Assembly: GCA_030704615.1 (NCBI GenBank)
Contig: CM060733.1
Coordinates: 47,368,001 to 47,432,000 of the forward strand
Length of the DNA stretch: 64,000 nt
Source: Takakia lepidozioides
Taxonomy: Eukaryota; Plantae; Bryophyta
Reading direction: 5' to 3'
Below are positions 12,974 through 24,126 of the stretch, piece after piece. Position 1 is the first letter of the stretch; the number at the start of each line of letters is the position of its first letter. The translations under genes were made by a program, and so were the position numbers. Below the pieces are notes generated by a model that was not told where the DNA came from, did not search any database, and worked only from the letters and a program-made list of their open reading frames with translations.

Positions 12974-13493
12974 GTGATACTATAAGGCTCTAGTACTAAT
13001 TCTAATAGTGACACGGGTGAGCACCTGTTGCGGATTAAGGGTCATATCCCAATGGCTAAGGGCACCTGCACCAGCATCCATCGCAAGAACTTCTATGGTT
13101 GGCTGGTCATCAACCCAGCCTCACCATAGAAGAAACACTGGTGGTCTTGCTGGTCATCACTCCAGCCTCACCACCGACAGCATACGCTAGGATTGACCAG
13201 TGATCAAATCTGGCCTAATCCCTATGAAAGCAAGCGCCCACACAAAATCAACATGGCGCACAGTCAAGCATGCAGGTGTGGGGGGGATCCAAACACAAGA
13301 AACCAAAACATCAACACCCCCACACCAAAATCCCTCCGCAGTGCTGCTCCTGCAGAATACCCCAGCCCAAAAACCCCGGACTGACTGGCCTCCACCAAGA
13401 GAGGCTTTGGCAACTACAAGTATAAAGTAATGAAAATAGTAAAGAGAGGGAGGGGAAGAATAGAGGCCCGACCAAGCAAGATCTAATCCTGAT

Positions 13494-14006
13494 CTATGCT
13501 ATCAACTGCCAGACTTCTCTCAAAGAGCCTCGCTCTGCATGATGGTAAGGTGTGGGAGGTATATCTATGTCTAGAAACCTGCCACTAACCTTATCCCAAG
13601 CTACAGTAGCTCGCTCTAACCAACCCTCCTCCTCTCTCTGCCAGGTAGAGACAAAGCAATACTCCCCTATCTCTCGCTCACTGAATACTAAAGAAAATAA
13701 ATGTAGGGTCTGACAGTCTCTCAACTCGAAAGCTTTGAGACGGTTGCGGATGTCCTCGTTGCAAATGACTGCATCTCCTTCAAGCAGAACAAACTGTTCG
13801 TTGCTAATGAATCCTCGTTCGTGGTTGCCTCGTGCAGAGCGTGTCCGGCTGCAACCACGTCTGATTGCAAAAACTTGTGCAGCTCCTGCTCCTCTGCTCC
13901 AGTACACCACGGCCTTGTGGCTGAACACCTTGGTCCCCGGGGCTGTCTTTGGTATTTCACCTACAGCTGTAGAACTGCTTGCTCCAACAGAGTTCTGACT
14001 GTCCAA
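13494..14006 (-). CDS. 170-aa ORF of unknown function upstream of, and co-oriented with, the gag fragment
   Basis: Uninterrupted, globular-looking ORF about 500 bp upstream of gag. No family recognised. Confidence 0.35.
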   Translation of the reverse strand: MDSQNSVGASSSTAVGEIPKTAPGTKVFSHKAVVYWSRGAGAAQVFAIRRGCSRTRSARGNHERGFISNEQFVLLEGDAVICNEDIRNRLKAFELRDCQTLHLFSLVFSEREIGEYCFVSTWQREEEGWLERATVAWDKVSGRFLDIDIPPTPYHHAERGSLREVWQLIA

Positions 14007-14716
14007 AGCAATATTGAGGCCCTCAACGCCAACTACAGCAGTTTGTTGTCTATTGCTAATGCCTGACTCCCATTATGCAATCAACTCGTCCAACTGTTCT
14101 CCACTCAAATCAGTCTGAGTTCCTTGAGAAACATAAATCTTGTCTCCTTGTGTGCACATGCTAAGAGAAGAGACCTGCCCTTCAATTACGTCCTCATTGC
14201 CCCCAGCCATACAAGGAAGACATCCACTGACTTGTCTCTCATGTAGACCACAACAGGTTCTAGAAACATAATTGTGGATCTTTCGTAGCACACTCACACT
14301 CATACTCAAAAAATTCCATAGATTTTTAGTATTTTAGATTTTTAGGTCTGAGTTGGTAGATTTCCCCTTTCTACAGCTATCTTCCCAAAAACTGCGTCAA
14401 ACGGAGCTCATTTGACAAAGATATGACCAACCAGGCTCTATAAAATTTAAATTTGATCAGAGAGGGATTTTTTTTTATAAAAAAATTTAAACTACGCCCA
14501 AAGTACCTGGTCACTGGTTCCCAGTTCCCTGAGTTCCCTACTGGTCAGCTTTGGAACATGTGACCACGATCGTGCTAGCTGCTTCCCGCAAGCATGGTCA
14601 TCTTGCTCGTTCTAATTTGGAGAGTACGCAGCAACAGATGCCCGAGGTCTTCAGTTTCACATGAATCGTGTAGCAATGCAGGCAGGTCTACGAGGATTCG
14701 CACTGAATGTGACCTC

Positions 14717-15064
14717 ATGCGGAGCATCGGTGCAGAAAGTATGGCTTTCAATATGCACGTCTCGGGTCAGGCTCTCCATAGCCTGGGCGTGCATATCGCT
14801 GCCGATATTGGGGCTGCCTTCAAATTGACAGAGACTCTCCAGAGGTTTGCGTCCATTGTTGCTGTGTATTTGCTGATCCTGGACAAAACAAACTGGCATA
14901 TCAACCTGCTGAAAGCTCTACTGGTGCCTTTCGTTGCACTCAACTTGTCCGGCTTCTTGTTTGGATGGCAGCATCGTGAGATTGGAGGTCTTAATTTTCA
15001 GGGTTGTTGTGTAGGGATTGCCGGTCCTCAGCGCACAATCGTCTTTCTCCCTCAGCCATTTTGA
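14717..15064 (+). pseudogene. COR413 (cold-regulated 413 plasma-membrane protein) fragment, intronless and truncated
   Basis: LQRFASIVAVYLLILDKTNWHINLLKALLVPFVALNLSGFLFGWQHREIG matches the WCOR413 signature ASIAAIYLLILDRTNW.TN.LT.LLVP...GEIG. Similarity is lost after ~14990. Confidence 0.75.
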
Positions 15065-15767
15065 ACAAGACCATGACTAAGTATCCCAGCCACGGCGAGT
15101 GGGCCAGGTACATCAGACCATCAATGTCAATTCTTATCAAAGCTAATTCTGTTCGCAGCTCCACCATTGCAGGCCGGTGCCGATACCGTATCCAGCATGA
15201 TTAATGAAAATGAAACGACGGCTTGCTCCATTTAGCTCTCTCATGGCTGCTGCTCTTGTTAAAGATCTCGTAACAGCCCCATAGCAGCTTAGATGGATGC
15301 TAGCACGATCGCTTCCACCAATATTCAACTTTGAACAAGCCACGCCCCATTCTCATTCACACAGTCACGAGTTCGAAAATGATTTGAGGAGACCATGAAC
15401 TACATAACTGATCAGCCGCACGCCACATGCCTAGTCCACTTTCAAGTGATTTTGTGTCATACCCAAATATTAGCAATCAACATCAGAGTTCGACCCCTTT
15501 GCACCAGGGTTTTGGAGCTCCAATTATGGAAGAGCCTACTAATCGCAATTCGCCTCCCTGCAATATTACTTGGCACGCCGCATCTTAGCCCGCTCATGGA
15601 GCTCCGGAGTATGAGAGCATCTTACATGTCGATGAACGGCCGATTGGCTTTGTTGCCCCTCCCTCCTGTTTGGGCGGACAGCCAAGTAGTTCGTATAGCA
15701 GCTCGCAGTTGGAAAGGACCCGTCCCAAAGATCACATAGTTGAGAGCTTGACCAACTATATGCATAC

Positions 15768-16165
15768 GGCTGGAAGATGTCTGGGCCACTTATGAGCTGG
15801 GCCCTCTATGACAGGCTCTGCCTGGGGAAGGATTATTTACGTAACCAGACTACTGACGGAAGGAGGTTTCGAAGGAGTGTACAGACAAACATTAGGCTTG
15901 GCACCCAGTGAACAACCTCTCAAGACATCTGGTTGCTCTTTGTCCAATTCGACTACTCCCGTTGCTGGCACACTATACATCTTTCGGCCTTTGATCCAGA
16001 AACCTCACTCAATATAGATTATCTTATTTGCAGCTCAATGGTCAGGCAGGCTGTCCGTGGTTTCCCTTCATAACCCAGTCATGCCAACTTCGGCCAGACA
16101 CACCGTTGGCAACTTAAGTCAGCCTTATGATGGCAACAACGATGACAAAGCTGATAGATAGTAGA
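15768..16165 (+). pseudogene. GEM-like GRAM-domain protein fragment, degenerate
   Basis: GHL*AGPSMTGSAWGRIIYVTRLLTEGGFEGVYRQTLGLAPSEQPLKTSGCSLSNSTTPVAGTLYI resembles the GEM/FIP1 consensus HLKTGPS..AAMGRI..GTKVL.EGG.EK.FRQTF...P.EQL.K..ACYLST..GPV.GTLY. In-frame TGA at 15793-15795; frameshifted QLKSA/DKADR remnants follow. Confidence 0.75.
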
Positions 16166-17539
16166 AGGCTTCACCGCGCTTTCTAACCATTGCTCCAGTG
16201 GCCAAACTTGACATCTTTCTAACTAAAGATTACCTGAACACAGTTAATCACTTCTCTGTCTCCAACCAGCTTGTTACAAACATAATCTACAGACCACCAT
16301 AATTTTCTTCTCTCACTTTCAAAACAAAAACCACAAGTGCTAAAACTAAACTCACCTCTGGCACTCACAGATGCAAGTTCATCTCTCTCGAGTGATATGA
16401 AAACTAACCTCACACTATCTCTGATGACACAAAACACGAAATACAATACAATCACTCGTTAAAATAAGAGTCGAGCCAGGGGCACCCCAAGCTATGGGGA
16501 CTCCACCCCACAACATCATACTCTCCCTCCATAAGTACACTCAGATGCTAAGCAGCGAGGGAGCTCGGTCGTGCAGGCTCAACTCGAGAGAGATGAGCTG
16601 CACGACTGACGAGCTCGTGAAGATAAGATGGTTCAGGTGTCAAGCTAAACTTGACACCTGACTTAACACTTGAACTAATTCCAAGTGTTAAATACAAATA
16701 ACTAGATTTATTCTAGTTAGTTTCACACTGTGTTTATTTAACTTGACAAGCTTTTGGTGCTTAGAGAGCATGTTAGTGTGCTCTAGAATAGCCACATTGG
16801 CTGTTCAGGGCATAGCACCCTTGAGCTCTCGACATGATAAGTTCAAGGTCAGATGGTGGGGTAGGTTGAATCGCAGGCCTAACCAGATATGATTGTCAAT
16901 ACCCAACGTGTGGGGTGCTTTGAAGTCAACGCCCATTTCTGATACAATGTCTGGGGTATTCTCATCAGCGACCCTCTTCAGAACCATCAAGAACATAGTC
17001 CTTGCACCTCTGCATAAACAAAGAAAATGCTTTAGAGAATAAATGCTAAAGCACCGCCAGAGTACGAGCACGTTGTTTTAGTTCCTGTACTTTTGAATTT
17101 CTCCTGTTCACTGTCCGGCACAGATCACTGCCCGCCTCTCTGTGATGTGTTGATGATGATCTGCTTTTAGCTTTTTGCTGGTTCTTCGCTGCCTCAGATC
17201 TCTCGCAGGCCTGGACCTTTGCTGGTTCGTTCCTTGAGGTGCTCGTCCCTTCGCACTGTTTCTGGGTGTGCTCTAACTGCATTATGGCTTATGAGGATTT
17301 CTTTTCCCTCTAACTGCCTTATGTAAAAAACAATTACTATACCCAGGTCCAATGCTGGCATACCTTGGCATTTGCCAGTGGGTTATTTCAAAAGACCCAC
17401 CTGCATGCATCATTCTCTCCTTCTCCAAGGAGAGTCTGGGCCCTCCCTTGCTTCCACCTACTTTGGTGGATTCAAAGGTCTACATCATCCTGCAGTAGAA
17501 TGCAGTCTCTTGGAGCTCCTGGCCCATAGTGTCACGAGA

Positions 17540-18720
17540 GAGTAGGTGTTGTTGCAATGCCACACTCGCATGCAGCAGTCGTTCATCTCGATCTGTTGCT
17601 GCTTGGGTCAGTTTGCACCACAAAGAAGGAAGGAAACTTTATAATTTCCAGATGATCCCATAGGGCCCATGGAGAAAGTAGAACAACAAGAAACCCCATC
17701 AAAGAACAGAAGGAGATCGTTACATCTGCTGGCAGCCTCTGGGTTCCAAACGAGATTTCTATTCTGGTCCTCAAAGCAAGAGAGAGACTTAATGATACAT
17801 TGCATGTTGGCCATGATTGCACATAGCGATTGTCCCCTGCAAAGCTGTTTTGACATGATGCCCTCCTCAGCCTTGCGATATAATTCTGAGCATTTCAGGT
17901 GGAAGGAGTCATGTATACTGCCGGGCACTCCAGTGTTTAGAGACGTGAAGTAACACCTCGAGTCAACCACTCCCTGTAATAGGACGTTGAAAGACTTGTT
18001 CCTGTTCCTATGGTCAGCTGCAATCTTTGTATCTTTTGGTGCACAGATGTAGATGTGGCTCCCATCTATTGCCCCAAGACAATTCGGGAGCCACTGCTTC
18101 TTCTCAAAGTCTCTTGTGATTTTTTCGAGCCTGCGGCCACTTGGCCAGGATATGAGGTGCCCAAGTACATGACAAATTGCAGGGATTACCTCCCTCATGA
18201 TGTCGTAGACTGTAGATTGACCAATCCTTGCTTTATCTGCAACGAGTGTGCAAGTATGGCAATGCATGAGTTTGTATAGGGTGACAACTACCTTCTTTTC
18301 AACACTTATTGGCTCCTCCACTTTGTGTGTTGGCCTTGCACATACGGCCGCAAGTCATCACAGAGTTTCGCAAATGTCCTACGTCGCATCCTCACAATAT
18401 CAAACCACATTTCTTGGGTATACACATCGAATAGTCAAACCAGCAAGTTGACCTGGGTTTAACATACCACAGATTGTTCAATATGTTCAAGTGCCAAGCC
18501 ATAAGATCCAGCACTGTTTTGTGATGAGGCACTCCTTCAATTTCACCATCCTCATCCCATTTGTAGATAACTTGTTTGGTCATAAGGTCTTGCTCCTCAT
18601 TAGAGTTTCTTTTTCTTTTTATGTCAAGATAAGACATGCCAGCTTGAATGTTGTTAGAGCCGACTAGTGTAATGTTTAAGGCTGCCAACACCATGTCTGC
18701 CATGGAAAAAAATAGAGACA
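17540..18720 (-). mobile_element. PIF/Harbinger (DDE_Tnp_4) transposase relic
   Basis: RMRRRTFAKLC, PISVEKKVVVTLYKL, IGQSTV, LPNCLGAIDGSHIYI, NRNKSF...LQGVVDSRCYF...PGSIHDS. The third-catalytic-residue region is missing or scrambled; a degenerate AC-V-LHN remnant lies near 17560. Confidence 0.85.
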
Positions 18721-21700
18721 AGATTAGTAGGAGCTGAGGTAATGATCATTGTGTTGTGGCCCAGGGGACTTGTTGGATTAGGTGTTAGCAGGGGCCCAGC
18801 CATGGGGGCCAGCTCGGGGTCAATGGGAGCATTTGCAGGTGGCCATCCAAGAGGCATAGGTGCTGGTGGCCAATCTGGAGCTGGCATGGGTGGTGATCAT
18901 GGAGGAGGAATGTTCCAAGGCGGTGATTCTCGGGGAATGGCAGGGGGCTCTTCTCGCGATTGTAGACAAAAGGCACCTATGGAGGTGGGCAATGATAGCG
19001 ACGAAGAAGGGTGAGCAAGGGGGTGTTGGTCGATGTCAAAACTCGTGAAATTTTTTGTTATGCCCAAATCTCCAGCTGCATCCTCCGCCTGTCACACATA
19101 ATACACCTAAGAACATCATACTAGAGGTTATGCAACATTGGGCAAGTGAGCCTTGTTATTTTGGGTACTACAAGGCTTATCGGTCACTATGTTCCTTTCT
19201 ATGATGTTTGCAATGAGGTTGGCGTTAAGCTAGGGAGGTTTGTTCTTTGTAAAATCGTTCAGGACACGTTCCTTGCTTCATCATGAAAGGGATGTTAGCT
19301 TATTTTTGAAATGACTGTGATAAGCCTCGGCTTTCCATGAAGCTGAAGAGGAAATTTACACAGGCGTGAAGAGGCAGGATGAATCAAACATGAATCAGAC
19401 TGAATCAGGCATTACGATGGAGCATGTTTGTTCCTCCCTCTTTTCCCCTCAGTTACCCAACTATAAACTCAATTTTGCTCCAGTTTAGGAGCTTCAATTG
19501 GCACTGGAATGCCATTGGCTTGTAGATCTTAGGCAACATTAAGTGATCAATTCTCCACATTTGGCACGAATATGGAAGAATCAGTTTGCATGATCTCCCG
19601 CCAACTCCATACCAAGATTGATTGAGGTGCAATCTTGTGGAGTCCTCATGTACCTAGCATAAACAAATTCAAGTAACTAAAGCCTGTGAGCAGATAAGTC
19701 TGGGTTTGCAGTTGCACTGACTGAGTTCTAACTTTTTCTGAGTTCTAACTAATTACTAACTAGGGCCTCTTCAATTGAGGCTTTCCAATGAGCACATGCA
19801 TGTTCATGCACCAGCATGGATCTCTGTGCATAAATGTCATATGATATAATTGACAACACAACAGATGCAGTAGCTTGCCAATGTGTACTCCTCCAGCTCT
19901 ACTGGTGGAGAGATATCATGGAGATTCCAAAGGGGAAGGTTAAAGTGATTGAGCTTGTGTGTAATTCTCGAATAAGGGTAGCTGACTCCATGAGTGTGCA
20001 TGCAGTTCACGATACAGAGGTGGAGGTAACCTGTTGGCACATGACCTTCCCACATGTAATGGTGCCCCTACAAGATACCTTGAAATTAATGACATGACCT
20101 TAGTACCTATTCTTTTCATGTTGATAAAATACAGTCTCCCATGCAAGCCAGATATGAGAGGGCAAACTCATAAATTGCCAGTGCCACTCAAAAAGGTTGA
20201 AGACTCATTTGGACTCCTTTTGGTAAGTATGTTCATTTCCTTTCCTCCCCACCCCACATAAATTAAGTTCAAAGGCTGCCATCTGCAGTATTGCAGGATG
20301 AGCTCATTCGTATTATCGAAAACGAGTCCCAAGAACAGATTCTTGTCAAACTAATTGGATTATGCACAAAGAGAGCTTCCAAGTCTTCATTGCATCCACA
20401 AGGATGTTTGCAGGGGTAGAGTTCAGTCAAAATTACTGAAACTGTACACATTGGTGACATGGGAAGGAAGTCTTTGTAAGCCTTCATTCACACCGGTAAC
20501 TACTCTAATAGAATGGACAAGAGGAACAAGGAGCAAGATGAACTACAAAGCAAAAAGCAAAAGAGAAATGGAATGAATTGAGTACCATCTTCTCCATCAA
20601 TCTTTCTGTAGAACTTTCTTTCGCTCGCATGACATTCCGCATACATCAAAGAATGACATATTTTGGTGTGATCTAATTGTTACCGCCTGCTTATAACTGC
20701 CTACGTAGTTGATAACCATTTCTAGTCTTTTTTGTCTTGATCAATGTTAGATGAGAGGAAGGGGAGGCATTGTTTCATTAAAGGGTAAATACTGAGTACG
20801 AACAACTCCTTGTGGTTCAATTGTGACCTTCAGGTGAATTTCCCAGGTCTTCATATCAGTATTTGGCTCTCATGACTGCAGTATACTAATCTCCTGGATT
20901 CGCAGACCTGATGCACAGTACAATTCTACTACCTTGCACTCTCTCATTCGAAAACTCACAGCTGATGACTACCAAAGTGTCGCACATGTATCAACTGCAA
21001 CAAAATCTGGCCATTCTCGTGAGTGCTCAATTATGCTACATTGTCAAAACAATTAGCGAGGGCCTTGCAAAAGATTTCAAACTATGAATAATGATGGTGC
21101 TCATTGTTATCCACTAAGGCATAGGTTGGGGATGTGAAGCCTCTTGAAGTCTTGCCTGAGATCACTGCAGTCCTCATTTAGCTCGTAGAGGAGGTACATA
21201 AGTGAATTCACTGCCGCATAGATACTTTGTCTGCGCCCATCCGTCCATCGGACAATGTGTTCTTGTGCTATACGACCAGTAACAACAGGCACATTTCACA
21301 ATGAGAGGGGCATCTTGCAGTTGAAGTAGATATGTATTTGAATCTAAAAAAAATCCTATTGGGTGGGGAGTGACATTATTGAATAGTGGCATGATCGACA
21401 GTGTATGGAGGCTTACCCATTTTCATTTGAAGAAAGAGATTCTTGTCTGCCTCTGAGTGGGAGTAATAGCCAAAATAGAATAGTTTATAGCCATGCCAAA
21501 ATCCTGAGGTCTGTCCACCCAATTGCCCACATTACAACACAATTTGAGGCTCAACCCACAACCATCTAGAGCTATGAGTGAAACTATGGTGGCTCATTAG
21601 CAATACACCTGGGTTTGTAATTAAGAAGGAAGGAATGCATCTAGTCAGCAAACAGACCAAACTCACAGCAAGTGCACGGATACTTCAAGCCTGGCCATAT

Positions 21701-23201
21701 GTTCCTAACAGTTATTTGAAATCACAGAAACAGAGGCGATCGAAACAGTCTCACTGCTATAACTACCCTCCAGTGCTGGCATGTCTACTTGTTGAGGCGA
21801 GAGTTCAACACCACCAGTGGCGTTCCATTGTGAGATTAATGTGAACCCAGCTAGTATAGAACCCAAGTTTGACATTGAGTGACATTGACTGATGGGATAG
21901 AGAAGCAATGAGTGATGTTCATTTTAGCACCACGAATTAGTGACAAACGATATGCAGTTGTTCTGGAGAGCAAGCAATGGACGGACATTCTAGATATGAG
22001 GAGAAGTATGATAGGAAGAATAATTTGTGACATTTGCTTGCCTGCTTGGTGACCACTGTGCATTACAGCTATTGGGATTCACTACACTACTTCATGACAA
22101 CAGCTAAAAGATGCTTGTGAAGGAATGCAAAATCTCACCCAAAATCGAGTTCGCAAAGTCTTTGCTCCATGTCTGCTCACGAATGGTGGATCCACGATGA
22201 AGCGTTGATGGAATTCTGTGCCCTTGTGAATTCGAGCTAAACCTGCGGGGGATTTCGCAAAATTTGCAGCAGCACTGCAGTGCATCCTGTATGTTCCCCT
22301 CATGTGCACGAAAGGTTCTATTACGCGTTCCCAAGAAAAAGTGTGCGCCAAGGATGAACGCACGAGTGATGAAATCTTTTTTGCACCGGCTCTATAGCCG
22401 GTAGGTGCGGCGTAAGGTTAAAGAAGGTTGGGGGTCAACGCACTGCCATTTTCCTGTAAACCCGCTCATCCAAAATGCCCTGTTACTAACCTCTTCGGCT
22501 CCTTAACCCGGCAGGTGTGGCCTGGCCCTAAGAAGATACATGCTTCAAACAAGAAGATGACGTGGCAAATGCTCAATGAAGCTACTGAAATGATGTTCCA
22601 ATAATCAATATTCCTAAGTTAGGAAAGACTATCGCAATAAAATGAATCTATCTCTATTATGTCTTTTGTCGTTTTTGGTGATGACGATACTTCACATTTC
22701 ATTAGTGTTGTGTGTTGGAGGAGTGATAGCCCGATCACATGGTCATGACCATGTTGGCGCCAACTTTCAAGACACAATTAAAGTTCTCCTGATGGCACCC
22801 TAAAAAGACATTTAACATTTTTGTATTACCAATTTAACTTGAGACACACAAGCATAACTGATACATTTCTATCCGAGGTGACCCTTGTGGAGCTCACACA
22901 ATTTCTTCAGAAGAGGTATCCGTATAATGGATTAGCATGTGTTATTAGGAATGTGAGGAGTGATAGGTTCCATGTTGCTGATTAGCTTTCTTTGACACCC
23001 ATCGATGGGGTGTGTCATAGAGTCAATGAGAGCAAACGTCTTGACCCATTAGACTTTTGCGACGAGTGTGTTCTTGCTTTTGCAAAGAGGGTTGGGGCTA
23101 CACATATTGGCACGGTGGATCGTCCTGATTTTCGTGGTATAGGTTACAATTTGTTACCATGAAACCCATATCAATTTTGATTGGTGATAGTAATTCTTGC
23201 A

Positions 23202-23565
23202 GCTGTTGATTGAGCACTATTACGAGTGTGGTAGACTAAGTAACAAATGCGATATAGGAAATGGAGGCATTGCTGGAGTCAGTGTTCCACGTCTGTTCAC
23301 CGAATGTCCGAAACCACATTGTCTCCTGCAAAGAGAGAATTGGGCCTGGCTCAGATATGCACTCCATTCTGGAGGTGAAACGACGATGTGGATATGACTA
23401 CATTCATGGAAGTAGGTTTCCAGGACAAGGGACTGAGGCAGATCGTTGTTTTGTATTCAAAATGTCAACGTGTGGGCCTGGCAGCGACGTCGAACTGGTC
23501 CACCGGATGACGAGTGGGGACTTGTCAAACAGTTGGGTCATGTTCGACCATATCAAGCGAATTAC
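23202..23565 (+). mobile_element. Mutator-like (MULE) transposase fragment, truncated just after the putative first catalytic Asp
   Basis: YIHGSRFPGQG...FVFKMSTCGPGSDVELVHRMTSGDLSNSWVMFDHIKRI resembles, from memory, a MULE-like transposase family of non-seed plants (FKMS..GPGS.VDLV.RM...DL...W.MFDH.KR). Not confirmed by search. Confidence 0.55.
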
Positions 23566-24126
23566 AGCTAGCGAACGCCCTGATTGGCATCGTTGGAGTA
23601 GCGCAACATGTAGCTGATCATCCATGATTGCACTACACATAAGAGGTAGACAATGGGTTTTAGAGAAGGTGGTTTGGAGTGCCTGCACCTATGATCTCCA
23701 GCCAGGGATACCTTCACCTCATTTGTTACTACTCATGGACAGCCAAGTCAGGCCTTGAGGCTCAAGCCAAAAGTCACATCGGAGTGCAGCAGCTGAATGA
23801 CAACAAACTCGGGGGCCTAAGAGAGAGAAGGACTGAAACACAACAAGGAATTTCCAACACACTTATCCGAATTCTCACGAAGTGATAGATCCACCACACA
23901 TACTAACACACGAATAAATCAACCAGGATCATCCAATAGGCTGAACCAACCCCAAGCAGACAACATGCCATGTGAATCCAGGGCCAAGGGTTGCTGATCT
24001 GCACAAAGAAGGTTGAGAAGAGGGACACGATCAGGATGAGGGGTAGCAGCAGCAGCAACCAGGTCATCCAAGGTGAGCATAGGGCTGCTGACAGGAGAAT
24101 CAACCCGCGTGAGTGGCACCAAGGTC

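Noticed and set aside
15793-15795. TGA in the GEM fragment as a U-to-C RNA-editing site
   Set aside because: Reverse editing is organellar, and the fragment has other lesions; CpG decay is the simpler explanation.
16200-17330. LTR/copia-like relic
   Set aside because: Composition suggests retroelement DNA, but no paired LTR, PBS or recognisable protein motif could be pinned down.
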